The notes: generated by a model not told the origin, from the sequence alone. 62,505 bases of DNA, filler included, from Nemertoderma westbladi (GCA_032718475.1; 4 parts of 4 records of this genome joined end to end with filler, not necessarily neighbours in it); one strand, 5' to 3'; shown: positions 12,755-26,089, numbered from the whole stretch's first letter. Made by a program: numbers and translations.

Positions 12755-13528
12755 ATGATCCGAGTGTTATTTTCGTTCGGATGACACGCCCACCCCCCCC
12801 CCCCCCCCCCCCCCTTTATCATATTGCTTGAAATTTGGAACACAACTAGTTCCACTCACCGTGGTTATTACCATGAAGCCGGAATTTTCGATTTCGCATT
12901 AAAAATTTTTTTATAAGCGTTTTAAAAAGTGTCTTTTGCGAAATCGCACCATCCGTATCGTTGCCATTCTTCACATTAGTCGTAATTTTTTAATATCATT
13001 ATTGGAAAGCTTGCGTTGTTGCATGGATTAGAAATATGTAACAATATCTGAATTTCGTTGAGAAACAGCTGAGATATAGGCGTTTAAATATTGCAAGAAT
13101 TATTGTTCACTGCAGGCCATTTATTCTATTAATAAATAATAAATACACAAAATTCTAGAACGTGTTATTTATTTTAAGAGTAGGTGGGCATTATTAGCAC
13201 CATGCCTATTCAATATCTCTTGCATAGCTATTCATACATAAACAAAATGTTCCAGAACATTGTGTATTTATTAAATAGAATAAATGGCCTTCAGCGAACA
13301 ATAATTCTTAAATTATATCTCAGATATTTCTAACCGAAATCCAGATACTGTTACACATTTGGAATCCTTTCAAATCAGGCTTCTCTTGATAAGAAAAAAT
13401 TACGACTAATGTCAAGAATGACCACGATTCGGAGGGTGCGATTTCTTAAGACACTTTTTAAAACGCTTCTAAAGGGGGGGGGGGGGGGGGTCTGTGTCAT
13501 CAGAAAATGACACTATATTACGGGTCAT
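12755..13528. mobile_element. Foldback/MITE-like element with long imperfect inverted arms
   Basis: Left blocks (poly-C, AAGCGTTTTAAAAAGTGTCTT, CATTAGTCGTAATTTTTT, AAGAATTATTGTTC, GGCCATTTATTCTATT) are mirrored on the right (AATAGAATAAATGGCC, GAACAATAATTCTT, AAAAAATTACGACTAATG, AAGACACTTTTTAAAACGCTT, poly-G). Confidence 0.8.
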
Positions 13529-16500
13529 GGTGTACATGCTTATATTAAATTACCTACAACCACTACTATGGTAAGGTTATCAAACAAACCCCGTAGTGAA
13601 CTGAGGGTAGAATACATTGAATAAAAACCAGCATTTAATTTGATCATCTATGGTCAGCCTTTTCTCAATAGACAGGTACATATTAATTGTGCTGATAAGA
13701 ATTTAACATCAATCGCATCAGTTGCTTTCATATTGTTTATTTCGCTACTGGTACTTATCATGTAATAATTAATCATTGTAGTGAAAAAATTCGGATATTT
13801 TTTACTGAAGATCTATTATTGCGCGGCTCGCACCACATTGTACATGTGTTATTGAGAAAGCCTGAAGTGATTGTAAAAAGCGCCAAGCTGTTTGACGTTT
13901 AATCGTTTATGAGGGGTTGTACTGCGTTACGTTATTAAAAAAAACCCACAATCAATAATTTGTCCTAAATATGGTATTGATTTATTGACTGTAAGTACAT
14001 GGCATGTGAGTATGTTTGGTACTGTGTGTTTGACGTTTTTATTGTGTATTTTCAACGCTGTAATTATTGTTATGAACAATACATTATTGAAATTTAATAT
14101 GTTATGTTTTGTTTATGGCATCTTCAGTAGAGAATTAAAGATGATCTCAAAACTCAAAATTATATGCATCCCCATTTACATCCTAGCCAACTTGTTCAGT
14201 AAGACAATATTAGGTGATTAAATAATTCATAAAAAAAATATTCCAAATATATTGCTCGTTCGAGAGCCTGCATAATAGCTGTGTACTGGGATGACTAGCT
14301 GTGTGACTGCTTCGCGAGAGCAAGGTTTAATTACGTACCACATGTTTCGTCACATGCTGCCACAACAGCCGTAAACCGGAGAGAAGAGTTCCATTCAACT
14401 GATGATGGCGCCCGGCTATCAGAATATTCTCAATCGAAGTGTTAACTCAATAATTTATTTTCGACCGGGGCAGGCGCCTTGTGTGTCTGCGTGAAGTAGG
14501 TGGTGGTGTGATCCGGTGGTTGCTGATAGCTTCAACCGTTATGTGGCCTGGACGAAAGGAACCATTGTGTCATTATTGACCGGAGATCGTCCCATACATT
14601 GCTATCTCACCAACATGCACTTCCTGTAGCTGTAACTATCCCTACGTCCTAACTTCCTTATATATTCCTGCCCTTCCCAAGTCCCTCCCCGATATACCCC
14701 CCCCCCCCTACCCCGTCGCATACCATCAATCTCATTCCCAAATTGCCACGTCTCATCCATTATTTTCCGTTCCAAGGATTTAATTTCCCTCAACGGATTA
14801 GCCTCACAAAAGGCAAACTTCTCACCTCAGTTACCTATCTATCTAACGCATTCAGAATTGCCGCATTGCCTATTAATACTCGATTTATCAGGCTTTGCCG
14901 ATCTCTTAGAAATCCTGCCATCACTTCAAAGAATGCCTCATAACGAAAACAGCGAAAGCGAGCAGGTAATGTCACGGTGAAGTGCGCAGTATATTATTCT
15001 TTCTTAGTAAGTTTCTAATAGAGTTGAAGAGTGTCTAAGCTATACGGTTTGACGAGAGGAGAGCTGATACAACGCTTACGCCAATCTGCGCTTTCGCGAT
15101 TGTAAGTTTACTCATGCTTACAGCGCGATGTACTGTAGGTAAAGTAACGTATGTCAAGAAGGGATGATATGCCAGCGGGCAGCGTTAATGTATTCCGCGG
15201 GCCCCGGTCCTGTAAGGTAATATAAGCCAAGTCCCCAAGGATATACAAGTTTGAAACACACCGGAGAGCAGTAAAGTTACTCGAAGCCTATTGTCTTGTC
15301 ATCCTTGCCGCCGTTTATGAGATGTTCCTCACGTTACCGCAAAATACGACGAAGTCAAGTGTTTATGGCACATTCAGTAACCCTTACAATCGTCACCTGC
15401 TTTGATGGGGGAAAACCTGCTTCGGATATGATGTAGGAATTAGTTTCCGAATACTGGGCTTTTTGGTGCCTTAAAACAATAATATGGGAATATTATAGTT
15501 TACGGAAATGAAGGTATCCACAGTATCTTGGGATATTGGATTGGCCTATTCTTATTGTCTAACCGGAATTTTTGACAGGGAAGCTACGAATAAATCTGAG
15601 TCATGCGAAGATCAAATGGATCTGTTGTTTGCGACTGAGTCCGCGCACATTCGGGTTGTATGGCAGGTGTTCTTCCGTCGGCGATGCGCCCGTGCAGATT
15701 TCGATTACGTATATACACACTGAAACAATTGCGAGAGAGGAAGAGATAACGAAACTTATCGCATTAACCAACATTCCGAGAAACCCATTGTTCTTATCTC
15801 CATCCCCATAGACGCCGACCGCACGTTCTTTCATCCCATTAGTTCAATCTTATTTCTGCTCGGAAAGGTTCTGGCATTATCAACACAATTACAAATTTTC
15901 TGGCCCTTCACCTTGTGTATATTCTTATCTCTGCCATTGTCCTGTCTCCTCCCATTGTTCAATCAGTTTCTTTATTCTCGTCTGGGTTCAGGTCATGGAT
16001 TGTAATGATTTGATCGCATAAAATATACTGCCGTTGCCGTCCTAATGCAAAACCATGTAACACAAAAAATCGCGTTTTGGGAAAAATCAGTCGAAAGTCT
16101 GGGTGAACTTTGTTATCAATCAATATCAGCAGCACCTAGAAAGTAATAAAGCTCCAAACTTTAGCTAGATTTTTAGAAAATGTATTTTACTTCGATTTCT
16201 CGAGTTACATGGTTGTACCTTTACATACCACCCCCTTTTTTATTAACCAGTTTAGATACCCCTCTACACTACACTTCATTAATTTTTTTTACCACACAAT
16301 GGTAAATACAAACACGCTTTCGAATTTGTATTCCAAACATATATCAAGCACCAAACATGCCGGTACCTTATTAAAAATGGCAAATATATTTACAACCACA
16401 CAGTAGTTTAACAACGCTCTGTGGCTGTGCTGTCTCTGTGTGGTCTACCTCCTACTGTACATAGAGAGTAGCTAGAAAAACAACCCATGTAAACTATGGG

Positions 16501-19500
16501 ATGTTTATTACATTCCAAAACTACATTGTCATCGAAGTTATTCAATAAAAAGTCGCCTGGGGGGAGACCCAGTTTGGTTTTTTTATCCCACCACAAGCGT
16601 ATCCATTTTATTGCCTGTAAAATGGTGGGTACCCAGATGTCTGGTCGCCAGTAACCATGCGGGGATTATAAGCGTATGAGCGCCGTCCTTGTAATAAAAC
16701 CTTAAGTGTATTTCATTACCGTCCGAATCGATTCTACGCGAGCTACAAAACGTAGCGATGACTCATTCTATTGTTAACGTAGTAAGCTATTGTTACTACA
16801 CAAGTGAAGTAGTCATGAATAGTCATAAGCAATCACGAGGGAGGGCCCTTGTTTATTGCAGTTGAGGCAATAAATATTAATTGGTGTAACTGATACTATA
16901 GTTGGACCTTCCAATCATGCAATAATTAAATTCGGGAAATATATGACTTGTGGGCTTTTAGATATTAATGAGCAGATGGTATGTCTGCTCTCAAGTGATG
17001 CGGCACCACTGGCGTACTATCATATAGGGTAATAATGTCGATTACTCGATATTTGGAGATCTTGAAATCTATTCGAATGCAACTGAATCCATACAATTTC
17101 GTTTCTATCCCAACACGAACCATAGTGTGCTCCATTCCAGTCACTCACAATTCCGCTCTGTGAAATAATGCCTCACGTCTCTCGGCCACAATTCGGTCAA
17201 TGTCATAGATTTTGATTTTACGCCTCGTCCCCCAATATCCAATGGAGGGCCCATGCGATAAGTATACTACAGCAGACTTTCTGCTATATTTCACTTTGCT
17301 GTTTACCCCCACGTGATGTAAATATTTCCAGGTTTTCATTAATAACACAGGTTACAGAAGGGTGGAATCTAACCAAAACAATAAACGAATAAGTAGCTAT
17401 CATAGAGCAGGTTAACTGTAAGATAGAGAGAGAGATAAGCGCTATAAAACACTTAAAAAGTAGAAATCAAAAAATAATATTTCTTCATATATAAAATTCG
17501 AATAAAATTTCGACCGAAAAGAGAAAATGCGCAGCGAGGATGTCAAAAGAGGAGATCAAAGGGCGAATAGGTATAAAATGTGTTTAATCTACTGCAAAGT
17601 GAATCAGGGTAGGCCTACGCGGGTAATGGACGACTTTTAACGCAATATATCGAAATAATATATATCCGTACAATCACGAATATACATTATACTAAATATT
17701 TGTATATTCCATTGCTTACATATTGTATACATTTTAAATAACAATTAAATTTTTTTAATTAATAATTTTTGAATTAATTAAATTTTTTTATTTTTCGAAT
17801 AAGTATTATTACGAATACATGGATGTAAATCACGAACATCAGTGTATTTGAACATAAAGTATCATAAAATAACACGTTAACCACAATAAAATTTCTTGAA
17901 CGGATACTTTTTTTGCGATTAAATTATTACTGTTGTTTAATGTCGTAAACGTGAATAATGCGTTAATCCAGTTTAGAATACTTGCATATATCCGATGCGA
18001 CTCGCCTTGCAAATGTTTGAAATGTATTCCTATTCGTGATTTGTTGGTACCGTTAGACCTGGATAGTTGGATCCCAAATCTGTAACAAAATCTGAATTAC
18101 GTTGAGAAATAGCTGAGATATGAGTGTTCAAAGGTTGTATGTTCGTTTATATCTGAATCTTTTAAGGCAGGGTTTCTTCAATCAAGTTGGTTGAAAGTTA
18201 AAATATAATACAGACTACAATTCGAAATTGAGGGATTGATTCTGGGGTGGGTACTTAAATGGCATGCGTTTAGCCTTAGCATGACAAATTCGACTCAATG
18301 AATCAATCACTCAGGACTGGAATTTTGCGCACACACTTTTTAGCCACGATTTCAAAAAGGTTATGAAGCCAATATATTATTGAAGCCATTATATGTCCTA
18401 CTCTGACTCACCAATGAAAAATTACGCACGTTAAACAATTTCTGTATAAATTATTTAGGATATGATGTTGCTAAATGTTCAATATGTTATTACTGGAACT
18501 GGAATGAAGATTGAGTCGGAAAGAAGGAAGATGATTTGTATATAAAATGGGATGAATCGAATTTATTGTAGCTGTGATATTAGCGTGCGCAATACTCCCT
18601 ACTCTTCCAAGAATATGATTAGTGATTATGCATTAATTCATCATCATTACGGATGGCGAATGATTATGATAACTTCCATTCCAAACTGGGCAACCCATTA
18701 TATCCCGGATGTTCTTTAGAACTGCGAATGATAGGCTACCTGGCGTGAAAATGGATTCGGATTGCAGTATTAATGTTGCACCGCCCGTTAAGATAAAATC
18801 CCAACCCAAATCACCCGCGATGAGGCATTTTGTATAGGCCGCAGTGTATCTAAGGTCGCCGGATGCTTTACTTACAGCATGGCCGATCCTCTATATATGC
18901 AAATCCGCTCAACGCGAAATATAGTTGTGCGAGCAACATCTCTCTCTCCCACTTCCTTAAACATTTTCTCTAATTAAGATTCATGACAGTAATGGGCTAC
19001 TGGTACTGAGGGATGGCCGTGGGAGGGGAGAAAATATACTATCAAACGGCATGGAGAAACACGGGATCTAAGGTAAGAGGTATAGGGAAACGGGGTAAGG
19101 GTAGGTAGGATACTGCCTCCGCCCCCATTGTATATAATATGGCGATGGCTGGAGTTTCTTACGCGTAGAGAACAAAGAAAGAGTATATTATTATAGAGGC
19201 TATTCTATTCATCACATGGTATACTTTGCTTATTGAGTTGTTATTAGTGATGGAACATATCACAAGGCTACAGTTGCAGCTTTTGTGCGGGTGCCGGATT
19301 CACAAATCAGCACCACAATTCTTGTCATAAACACCTCAGTTTCCATCAAAGGGTTTTGAGATAATTACGCCTGATCAGCTACAATACAGTATATTGCGTG
19401 TTTTTTTTTATATACAGTATGTTATCGATTGAAAATTTCTCGAGATAGTGTTATTGAAAACATCTTCAAATAACAATTTACAACATTGTGCAAAAAGTAA

Positions 19501-19799
19501 CACTTTTCAGAGTTTATGACCCGAGTTTAATATGTACGCTGACTACAAGTAGTCAGCCATAGTGTCCTTTTAACACAATGATGTACTGTACCTAATTTTG
19601 TTACATTATGTCAACTTATCGTCGTTATGAATGCTTATGCTTAATTATTAGCTTCAATATTTTAATGGTTACTGTACGTTGTTGTGGAGAATAGGCCTAC
19701 TCAAGACATGTTCTAGAAGCTTAATGCTACTAAGTTAGTTATTTATTACTTTGCACTACTACAACTAGGATCGGCATGCTGCATTGCAGTTGCATTTTT

Positions 19800-20320
19800 A
19801 AGAATGCTGTTCCGGCTTGTCGACAAAATTGCGCCGCCACATCTCCCTATCACCCATGACATTTGCTAGATCATCCGCATATATTCAAGGCCAGTGTCCT
19901 TTAAGATGCGTCTCAAGAAAGTCATGGGCTGTCCACCACGCTTATTCACTCCATGAGGCTGTCAAAGCACAAGATTATGCACTGGTTGGTCCTTACGGCG
20001 AAAGCAATGTCCTGCAAAGCAGAGGCGACTTTGTTCTAGTGTCAAGCTTGGAGGAACCCATGAGACACCTCCAATGTTATATAGTGTCTGTTTGGAGATG
20101 TGTGGATTGTACTTGACACAATGAAGTGAATGTGCCATCCAGAGATGTGGTGTCCTCAGCAGTTAGAGCCCAGCATGGACTTCCATAGAGGAGTACCGGA
20201 TTCTAAATAATCGGACCTTAAGTTTCCGATTAATTCTCTGTGACTTCCAAATCCTGGAATGCCTATTCAAGGTTGCCCATGCCTTTCCCTCAGATTACTT
20301 TGCAGCCTTGGTGGGATAAA
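19800..20320 (-). mobile_element. Degenerate RTE-like LINE 3' fragment
   Basis: Reverse complement resembles the RTE-like copies at 32166-32530 and 40830-41400 (GTACTCCTCTATGG...TCCATGCTGGGCTCTAACTGCTGAGGACAC). Confidence 0.65.
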
Positions 20321-22829
20321 TATTTCTCCATTTGACGCAACATCGCCGCGGCCGCTATGAGGGAGGTGAATACCGCGGCCGATCCTAAAGCCGCAGGCCA
20401 TCGCTAACTATATAGGTTAACTTGGGATTCTGGGGGACTTTTCGATGAAGGAACAGACCAAATTTTTTTATTTTCTCACCAGGGGAGCGGCTCGGAATTC
20501 TAAGATATTAGCAACTCTAACATTATTAAATCTAACCCTTCGACGGACACGGCGGACAAAAATCCGTCATTTTTTCGACAATTTTAAAATTTTTTTGAAA
20601 GGCGCTCTACAGTGGCTCGAAAAAACCATAGGTTATTGCTTAGCCGACGCCGGGATACGATAGAAGGGATTAATTAGTGAATTCGTTTTTTGTTTCAAAA
20701 AAGATTACCACGCCTTTTTTTCCGAAAACGTCCGTCAAAGTTGAAAAAACGGACAAAATGACTTTGCGGGATCCGCTATAACTCGGCTAATATTAATCGT
20801 ACGGGGACGAAAGTAACGCGGTTGGAAAGGGGAAGAGTGGTACTACTTTCGTATCGAATGGGGGTAAGATATTTATTAAAATTTCGGGTGGAAAAAGGGG
20901 CTGTAAATTTGTACGTTTTTGTCCGTCTTTTTTGGAAAACTTATTTCCGAAATGTTTAATTCGACAACGCGGGTAGGAATCCACTAATTCTTTTATGAAA
21001 CTCGTAGAAGAGCATTGGGGCTACGTTCCTATCGAATGGGGGTACAAAAAATATGTCGGCAATAGGGGCCAAAAAGGGCCAAAATTTGTAAAGTAGATTT
21101 TATCGAATAATTTTTTATTTTTAACTTTAGTTGGTTAAGGTACATTCTATACAGTCAATATCCATACGGGGAATTCAAATATGCTATCGGTTTTGCTCCA
21201 AGGATGATATTAAAAAAATGAGGGCCAAAATTATAATTTCGCGCTTCAAACTTGCTTCGCGGGAAATCGTCTAGCTCGAAAACTACTTAGCTTACGGGAG
21301 ATTTGTTTACACAGACTTATAGTGCGTTAAATTATCTATCTAACAGCGTTAATCACAGCGCCGGAGGTATTATAAAACTGGAGCGGCAGGCGATCGTGTG
21401 AAATATAATATTTATAAAAAGGGACGAAAAATTTTTTTTTTAACAAATCGCTATTCCATTATAATTTAGCGTATTGCGCCAAAAGTACCTGTAAAAAGTA
21501 TCAAATTAACTCCGCTATCTTTTATCTTAACATATATAATTAAAATTACGAATTTGAAGGGTCGAAAAATATCGCGTTATTTTGGCCCTTTTTTTTAATT
21601 TTTTTGGGGCCAAAAATAACCCCTTCTCAAAGATTAAGAAAAAAATTACGGCAAAGAATATACCAATTTTATTGAATTTGGACCACCAGAACCGAAGTTA
21701 GAGCGATTTTAGTGAAAAAATAAAAATAATTTTTTTTGCAAAAAAATTAAGAATGGTCAGGTCAATATTGGATTTCGAACCCGCGAACTTAGGTTTCATT
21801 AACGTGATTGATAACCACTAGACTATGTGACCAAGAGAATTTGAAATTTTCGAGTGACTATTTTTAAACATAAATAACTTCGGTTCTACAGGGCCGTTTA
21901 ATCTGAAACTTTTTTCATTGGATAGAGGATAGATTGTAGTGTGTGAAATAGGAAACAACTTGGGAAAAGACGCATGTGCGTGCACTTAGTGCGAAATGCA
22001 CTTAAATAGTGAACATTTTTTCGATATTTGAAACACTGTTATTTCCAGTTCTATTCATCGTAGAATATTATTTTTTGGATTAAAATGTAGTTTGGAGTGA
22101 TTTCAAACTATAATCTTAACATTTGGTTAACTTTTTATGTCTATAAAGTGACTTAAAATGTCCATGAATATGGTCCAAAATCGCAAGTCCAGATTTATTA
22201 AATTGGATTTTTGACACTTTTAGCGACTGACACTTGATCATACACCATCGTAGATCGGTAGAGGATAAACATAAGTTTGTTGAATAAGAGCCACCATTAC
22301 GATCTGCTAATGTGCATTTGTACAAATAAGTGTGCAAAAGTGCAAATTTTTTAATAAGGTCAAATTATATAGTATTGGGTTCTTTTCTTTGCAGATACTT
22401 TATTTTCATATTAATATGTTGTTTGAACCTTACTGAGCGCATTAGGGGATATGCGTACAAATAACCGGCCCTTATGAGGCTTCGATTGGGTAAATTAATA
22501 AAACATAAGGTTGTATAGTATAATATTCTAAAAACCAGTGTGATATTAAATGCACTTTAAATAAGAAATAGAAATCAAATAACAATTGGACCACACAATT
22601 AAAAACTCGCACAATTTTGTACTTATTATATCGCTTCAAATTAATTCAACAGTGGATATTTGGGGGAAGGGGGAAGTTACAGTGTGCATTCGGGGGAAGT
22701 TTGGTGAACTGCATTTATGCAGTGAATCCAAACTTCCCCCTTTGATATATCATATACTTAAGACATGCTAGGGTGACGGGGAAATATTTGTTACTGTCAC
22801 ACTTTGCTTCCATTCATCCTATCCTTTAT

Positions 22830-22929
22830 NNNNNNNNNNNNNNNNNNNNNNNNNNNNNNNNNNNNNNNNNNNNTTAATTAATTAANNNNNNNNNNNNNNN
22901 NNNNNNNNNNNNNNNNNNNNNNNNNNNNN
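22830..22929. other. Artificial contig spacer N44-TTAATTAATTAA-N44
   Basis: The 12-mer gives stops in all six frames and is identical at all three gaps. Confidence 0.97.
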
Positions 22930-23425
22930 ATATCTCGCTCCTAGCGCTGGAGTGCTGATTTCTAGTGGACCCCGTTCTCTTTCGATGTACTGCTGTCCTG
23001 ATGCTGGAGGTTTGTACTGATTCCGCGTCTGTTCTTTCAGCTCTCTTGTAGTACTGTTCTTCATAGCCTCTCACAAGGCTGAGGGTCCTCCGGTGTTGTT
23101 TGCGGAACCCATCTAGATGTACAACGTGTTCTTCTAACTTGGGGTAGTTTTCCTGATCGGTGGAGGGAACGAGCTCTTGGTACGCCTGTATCATTCTTTC
23201 GTACCGCTGTAGGATATTTCGGATACTTTGAAGCTGAGCTTGTACCTCATTGAGGGGGGTTTTGACTCCCTTGAGTTGTTTCTCCATCCGTTGATACGCT
23301 CGGGTTACTCCGCCTTTGAGAGCCCCAAGCCGACGGGTCATGTTCTTGACGTTTGGTACCTCGTCGGCTTCTGAGTCTGTGTGGTGATCCATCTCGTCGG
23401 TATCGGATACGTTATTTGTCGTCAT
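22930..23425 (-). CDS. Gag-like N-terminus, possibly BEL/Pao LTR retrotransposon; truncated by the contig end
   Basis: Helical segment TRRLGALKGGVTRAYQRMEKQL...LQSIRNILQRYE followed by a Ser/Arg-rich linker, a pattern I associate with BEL/Pao Gag N-termini. No catalytic motif is visible before the gap. Confidence 0.45.
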
Positions 23426-23613
23426 TGTAGCGCCTCGTCGATAGCTAGATACGCGATGTCATAAAACAGTTCCTCGTAGGTATTGTACTCAGCTTGGACC
23501 ACCCGAACGGTAATCCTGAATCGTCCGACGTTCGTTCCTTGTACTTCAACTTTGACGTGCCAGATTCCTGGCTCAACTTGGATTATATCAATGGGTGTGA
23601 TCGATACTTCCAT
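23422..23613 (-). CDS. 63-aa ORF of unknown function whose stop overlaps the gag-like start (ATGA)
   Basis: ATG start, protein-like amphipathic pattern (WHVKVEV, RFRITVRVV, YEELFYDIAYLAIDEAL), TGA at 23424-23422 overlapping ATG at 23425-23423. Confidence 0.4.
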   Translation of the reverse strand: MEVSITPIDIIQVEPGIWHVKVEVQGTNVGRFRITVRVVQAEYNTYEELFYDIAYLAIDEALQ

Positions 23614-24249
23614 TCCCTGTTAACAACTCTCCAAATATGTGATCTGCCGACTACGAGTTGGTTAGATCGAGTTTGTTGATTAATTAAACCACGACTTCGT
23701 CTTAACTCAAATACCAGAGTTTCCTCGTAGTGGGTGCTAGCAAGCACGTTGAGAGTTTTGAAGAGTATTGAAGGATTCTCAACTTCCACCAGTTGAAGTT
23801 GGCCGCGTTTTATTCTCAAATTTGACACCCTGTCAAAATTGACCAAATTATTCTCAATTTTGTTGCACCAGGGGGGGAAAAACGCCGATGCTGGAGACGT
23901 GACTTTACAGACCACCGAGCCCCAGCCAGTCACCGGATATTGATTGTGGAGAAGGAATGATTTCTGAGATGCAGGGTTGCGGTTGAGAAAAAGCTGCATT
24001 AGTTGGATATACTCTTTAATGTAACTGAACTCTGTTGAACCTTGTCAACATCATTGAACCCTGATTGAGAATAATTTTGGGCTTCCCCAAATCAATATAC
24101 ACCAAATATTCACAATAATTATACACGACAATATAAATCCCTACAGTATATTATTTAATTACCCACTGTTCGCTCAGATTTTAGCCTAACTAATGTTCCC
24201 CAGATTTTCCCTCGGTCCTAGTCTTGATGCCGTAGTGTTGGTGTCGGTC

Positions 24250-25060
24250 GACCCTGTCGCGTGTCCGTTCCACCCCTCACGAACCCCGAAGGGAACGATC
24301 ATCGAGAACCAGCACGGCTTGGCTAAGGGTCGGTCCAGTCGGTAGACTCTGTCGCGTATCCGTACCACCCCTCTCGAGCCCCGAAGGGATCGGTCATCGA
24401 GAACCAGTACGGCTTGGCTAGGAGTCTGTCGTGTCGGTGGACCCGTTCGCGTGTCCGTTCCACCCCTCACGAACCCCGAAGGGTTCGATCATCGAGAACC
24501 AGAACGGCTTGGCTAGGGGTCCGTCGGTTCATCGCAGAAACCCAACCACCTAGGCTTTCCGAGTCCCTTTCAGGCTCGTAGTCGCTTCAGCAGCCGAGAA
24601 ACTGCTCCGAACAGTCGGTAGGCCAGTAGAGTCTAGTCCTTTGTCTTTCGACCCCGTCGCGTGTCCGTCCCACCCCTCACGAACCCCGAAGGGAACGATC
24701 ATCGAGAACCAGTACGGCTTGGCTAAGGGGTCTGTCGTCGGTCCCGTCGCAGATCCCCGGTACAAGCAGTCAGCGTTCTGAGTTCTTTTCAGTCTCGTAA
24801 TAACTGCTGTCGACCAGAGACCGCTAAGGGCAGTCCTCGTCAAACCCTTCCTCTGTAAGTCGGTAGACCCTTTCGCGTGTCCGTCCCACCCCTCACGAAC
24901 CCCGAAGGGAACGATCATCGAGAACCAGTACGGCTTGGCTAGGGGTCTGTCGTGTCGTTTCCCGTCGCAAATCCCTGACACAAGCAGTCAGCGTTCCGAG
25001 TTCTTTTCAGTCTCGTAATAACTGCTGTTGGCCAGGGACCGCTAAGGGCAGTCCTTGTCC
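24250..25060 (-). repeat. Five copies of an about 82-nt structured unit plus two copies of a second about 100-nt unit
   Basis: The core CACCCCTCACGAACCCCGAAGGGAACGATCATCGAGAACCAGTACGGCTTGGCTA lies in units starting near 24250, 24345, 24440, 24650 and 24866. The second unit (containing CAAGCAGTCAGCG...GGGCAGTCC) follows copies 4 and 5. Confidence 0.92.
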
Positions 25061-25717
25061 TTTAGGCCTGGCGCGTTACCAAATCCACCTCTACAGGCAG
25101 CAGGAAGTTGGCCAGGGCCTAATAGTAATCAGGCTAACCTGAATACTGCTTGAATTTTCCATCCCCCCCTGGCCCTTATAAACATGAAATTAGTCCCGTA
25201 CCCTGTAAGTCGCCCCAAAGTTCGCCCATAAATCACCCCAGTTTATAGAATGTGCCCAAAACCCATGGTCCCGCACCCAGTAGTAATATCGGAATAATCA
25301 TTTTAAATTAATACAAAAAATATTCAACTCGCGTTATGGAAAGTTGAAATACCGCGAACACATGAGGAACTTAGCAGTTCAGTGGCCCGCATTATGATCC
25401 GACCAACCGCCGTATTCCCAGTGTAGTAAATAGAATCTTACTGGCAAGCAAGCAATTCCGTGTATTTATTCCTCAGTTAATCGCATCTTGATGCCACTCG
25501 GCTGCTCGGGTCCAGATACATCGGACTGTCGGAAGCTGTTTGATGAAGAAGTTGTTTAGATGGCCTTGCCAACGACCAACGACCTGAAGACGGCTGGACG
25601 GTACCGGTAACTCTGTACCACTGTAACAGTTAACAGTACCGGCACCGTACTGTAATCCTGTAGTCTCCTAGCAACCAGCTGATGCCAATCCTAATAATTT
25701 TTGGGTAGATTAATTTA

Positions 25718-25820
25718 ATATAACTGTAAGACAGTTACACACTGTGTAACTGTCTTACAGTTATATCGTGCACGGTCTTCGTGCAGCATCTGTGTAATAC
25801 ACAGATGCTGCACGAAGACC
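25718..25820. repeat. Two adjacent perfect palindromes (24-bp arms, 25718-25766; 23-bp arms, 25774-25820)
   Basis: ATATAACTGTAAGACAGTTACACA-c-TGTGTAACTGTCTTACAGTTATAT and GGTCTTCGTGCAGCATCTGTGTA-a-TACACAGATGCTGCACGAAGACC. Confidence 0.95.
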
Positions 25821-26089
25821 CCACGCAAATTCAACTTGGAAAAGCCTACATATGTACCAAGTTTGGATATATTTTATCGAAGTTATTAACGTTTAAAATT
25901 GGACACAACAGAACAACAGATTGACAGATCAATAGAACGACAGACACACCAATTGAGTTAGTGGTACCTGTATGCTAAGCTCGCTTACTTTCGTCGCTCG
26001 CCCCACATGCAATACATACTAGAAAGCCAGCAAGCTGTCTGGAAGGAGCCCGGGGGAAGAATCCTAGCCAAGACTATTTTAAATGAACT

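Noticed and set aside
14560-14940. LINE endonuclease remnant (ETW...RGGGV)
   Set aside because: Too degenerate to support boundaries or a family.
16408-17348. Possible exons of a minus-strand gene (62-aa and 67-aa ORFs with nearby splice-like sites)
   Set aside because: Joining the apparent donor and acceptor gives an immediate stop; no recognisable domain.
21766-21830. tRNA gene on the minus strand (also 10865-10925)
   Set aside because: Only A/B-box-like remnants; I cannot build a full cloverleaf. At most decayed SINE heads.
20440-22400. piggyBac-like non-autonomous DNA transposon
   Set aside because: Looks repeat-derived, but I could not find a matching pair of TIRs or a TSD.
24250-24950. 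Hammerhead ribozyme array or CRISPR-like repeats
   Set aside because: No CUGANGA/GAAA core, and the units are too long with related rather than unique spacers. Kept as an unknown structured RNA.
25605-25640. Primer-binding site and LTR end for the gag-like element (minus strand ACA-G-TGGTACAGAG)
   Set aside because: Imperfect match to an initiator-Met PBS and no second LTR in the window to confirm it.
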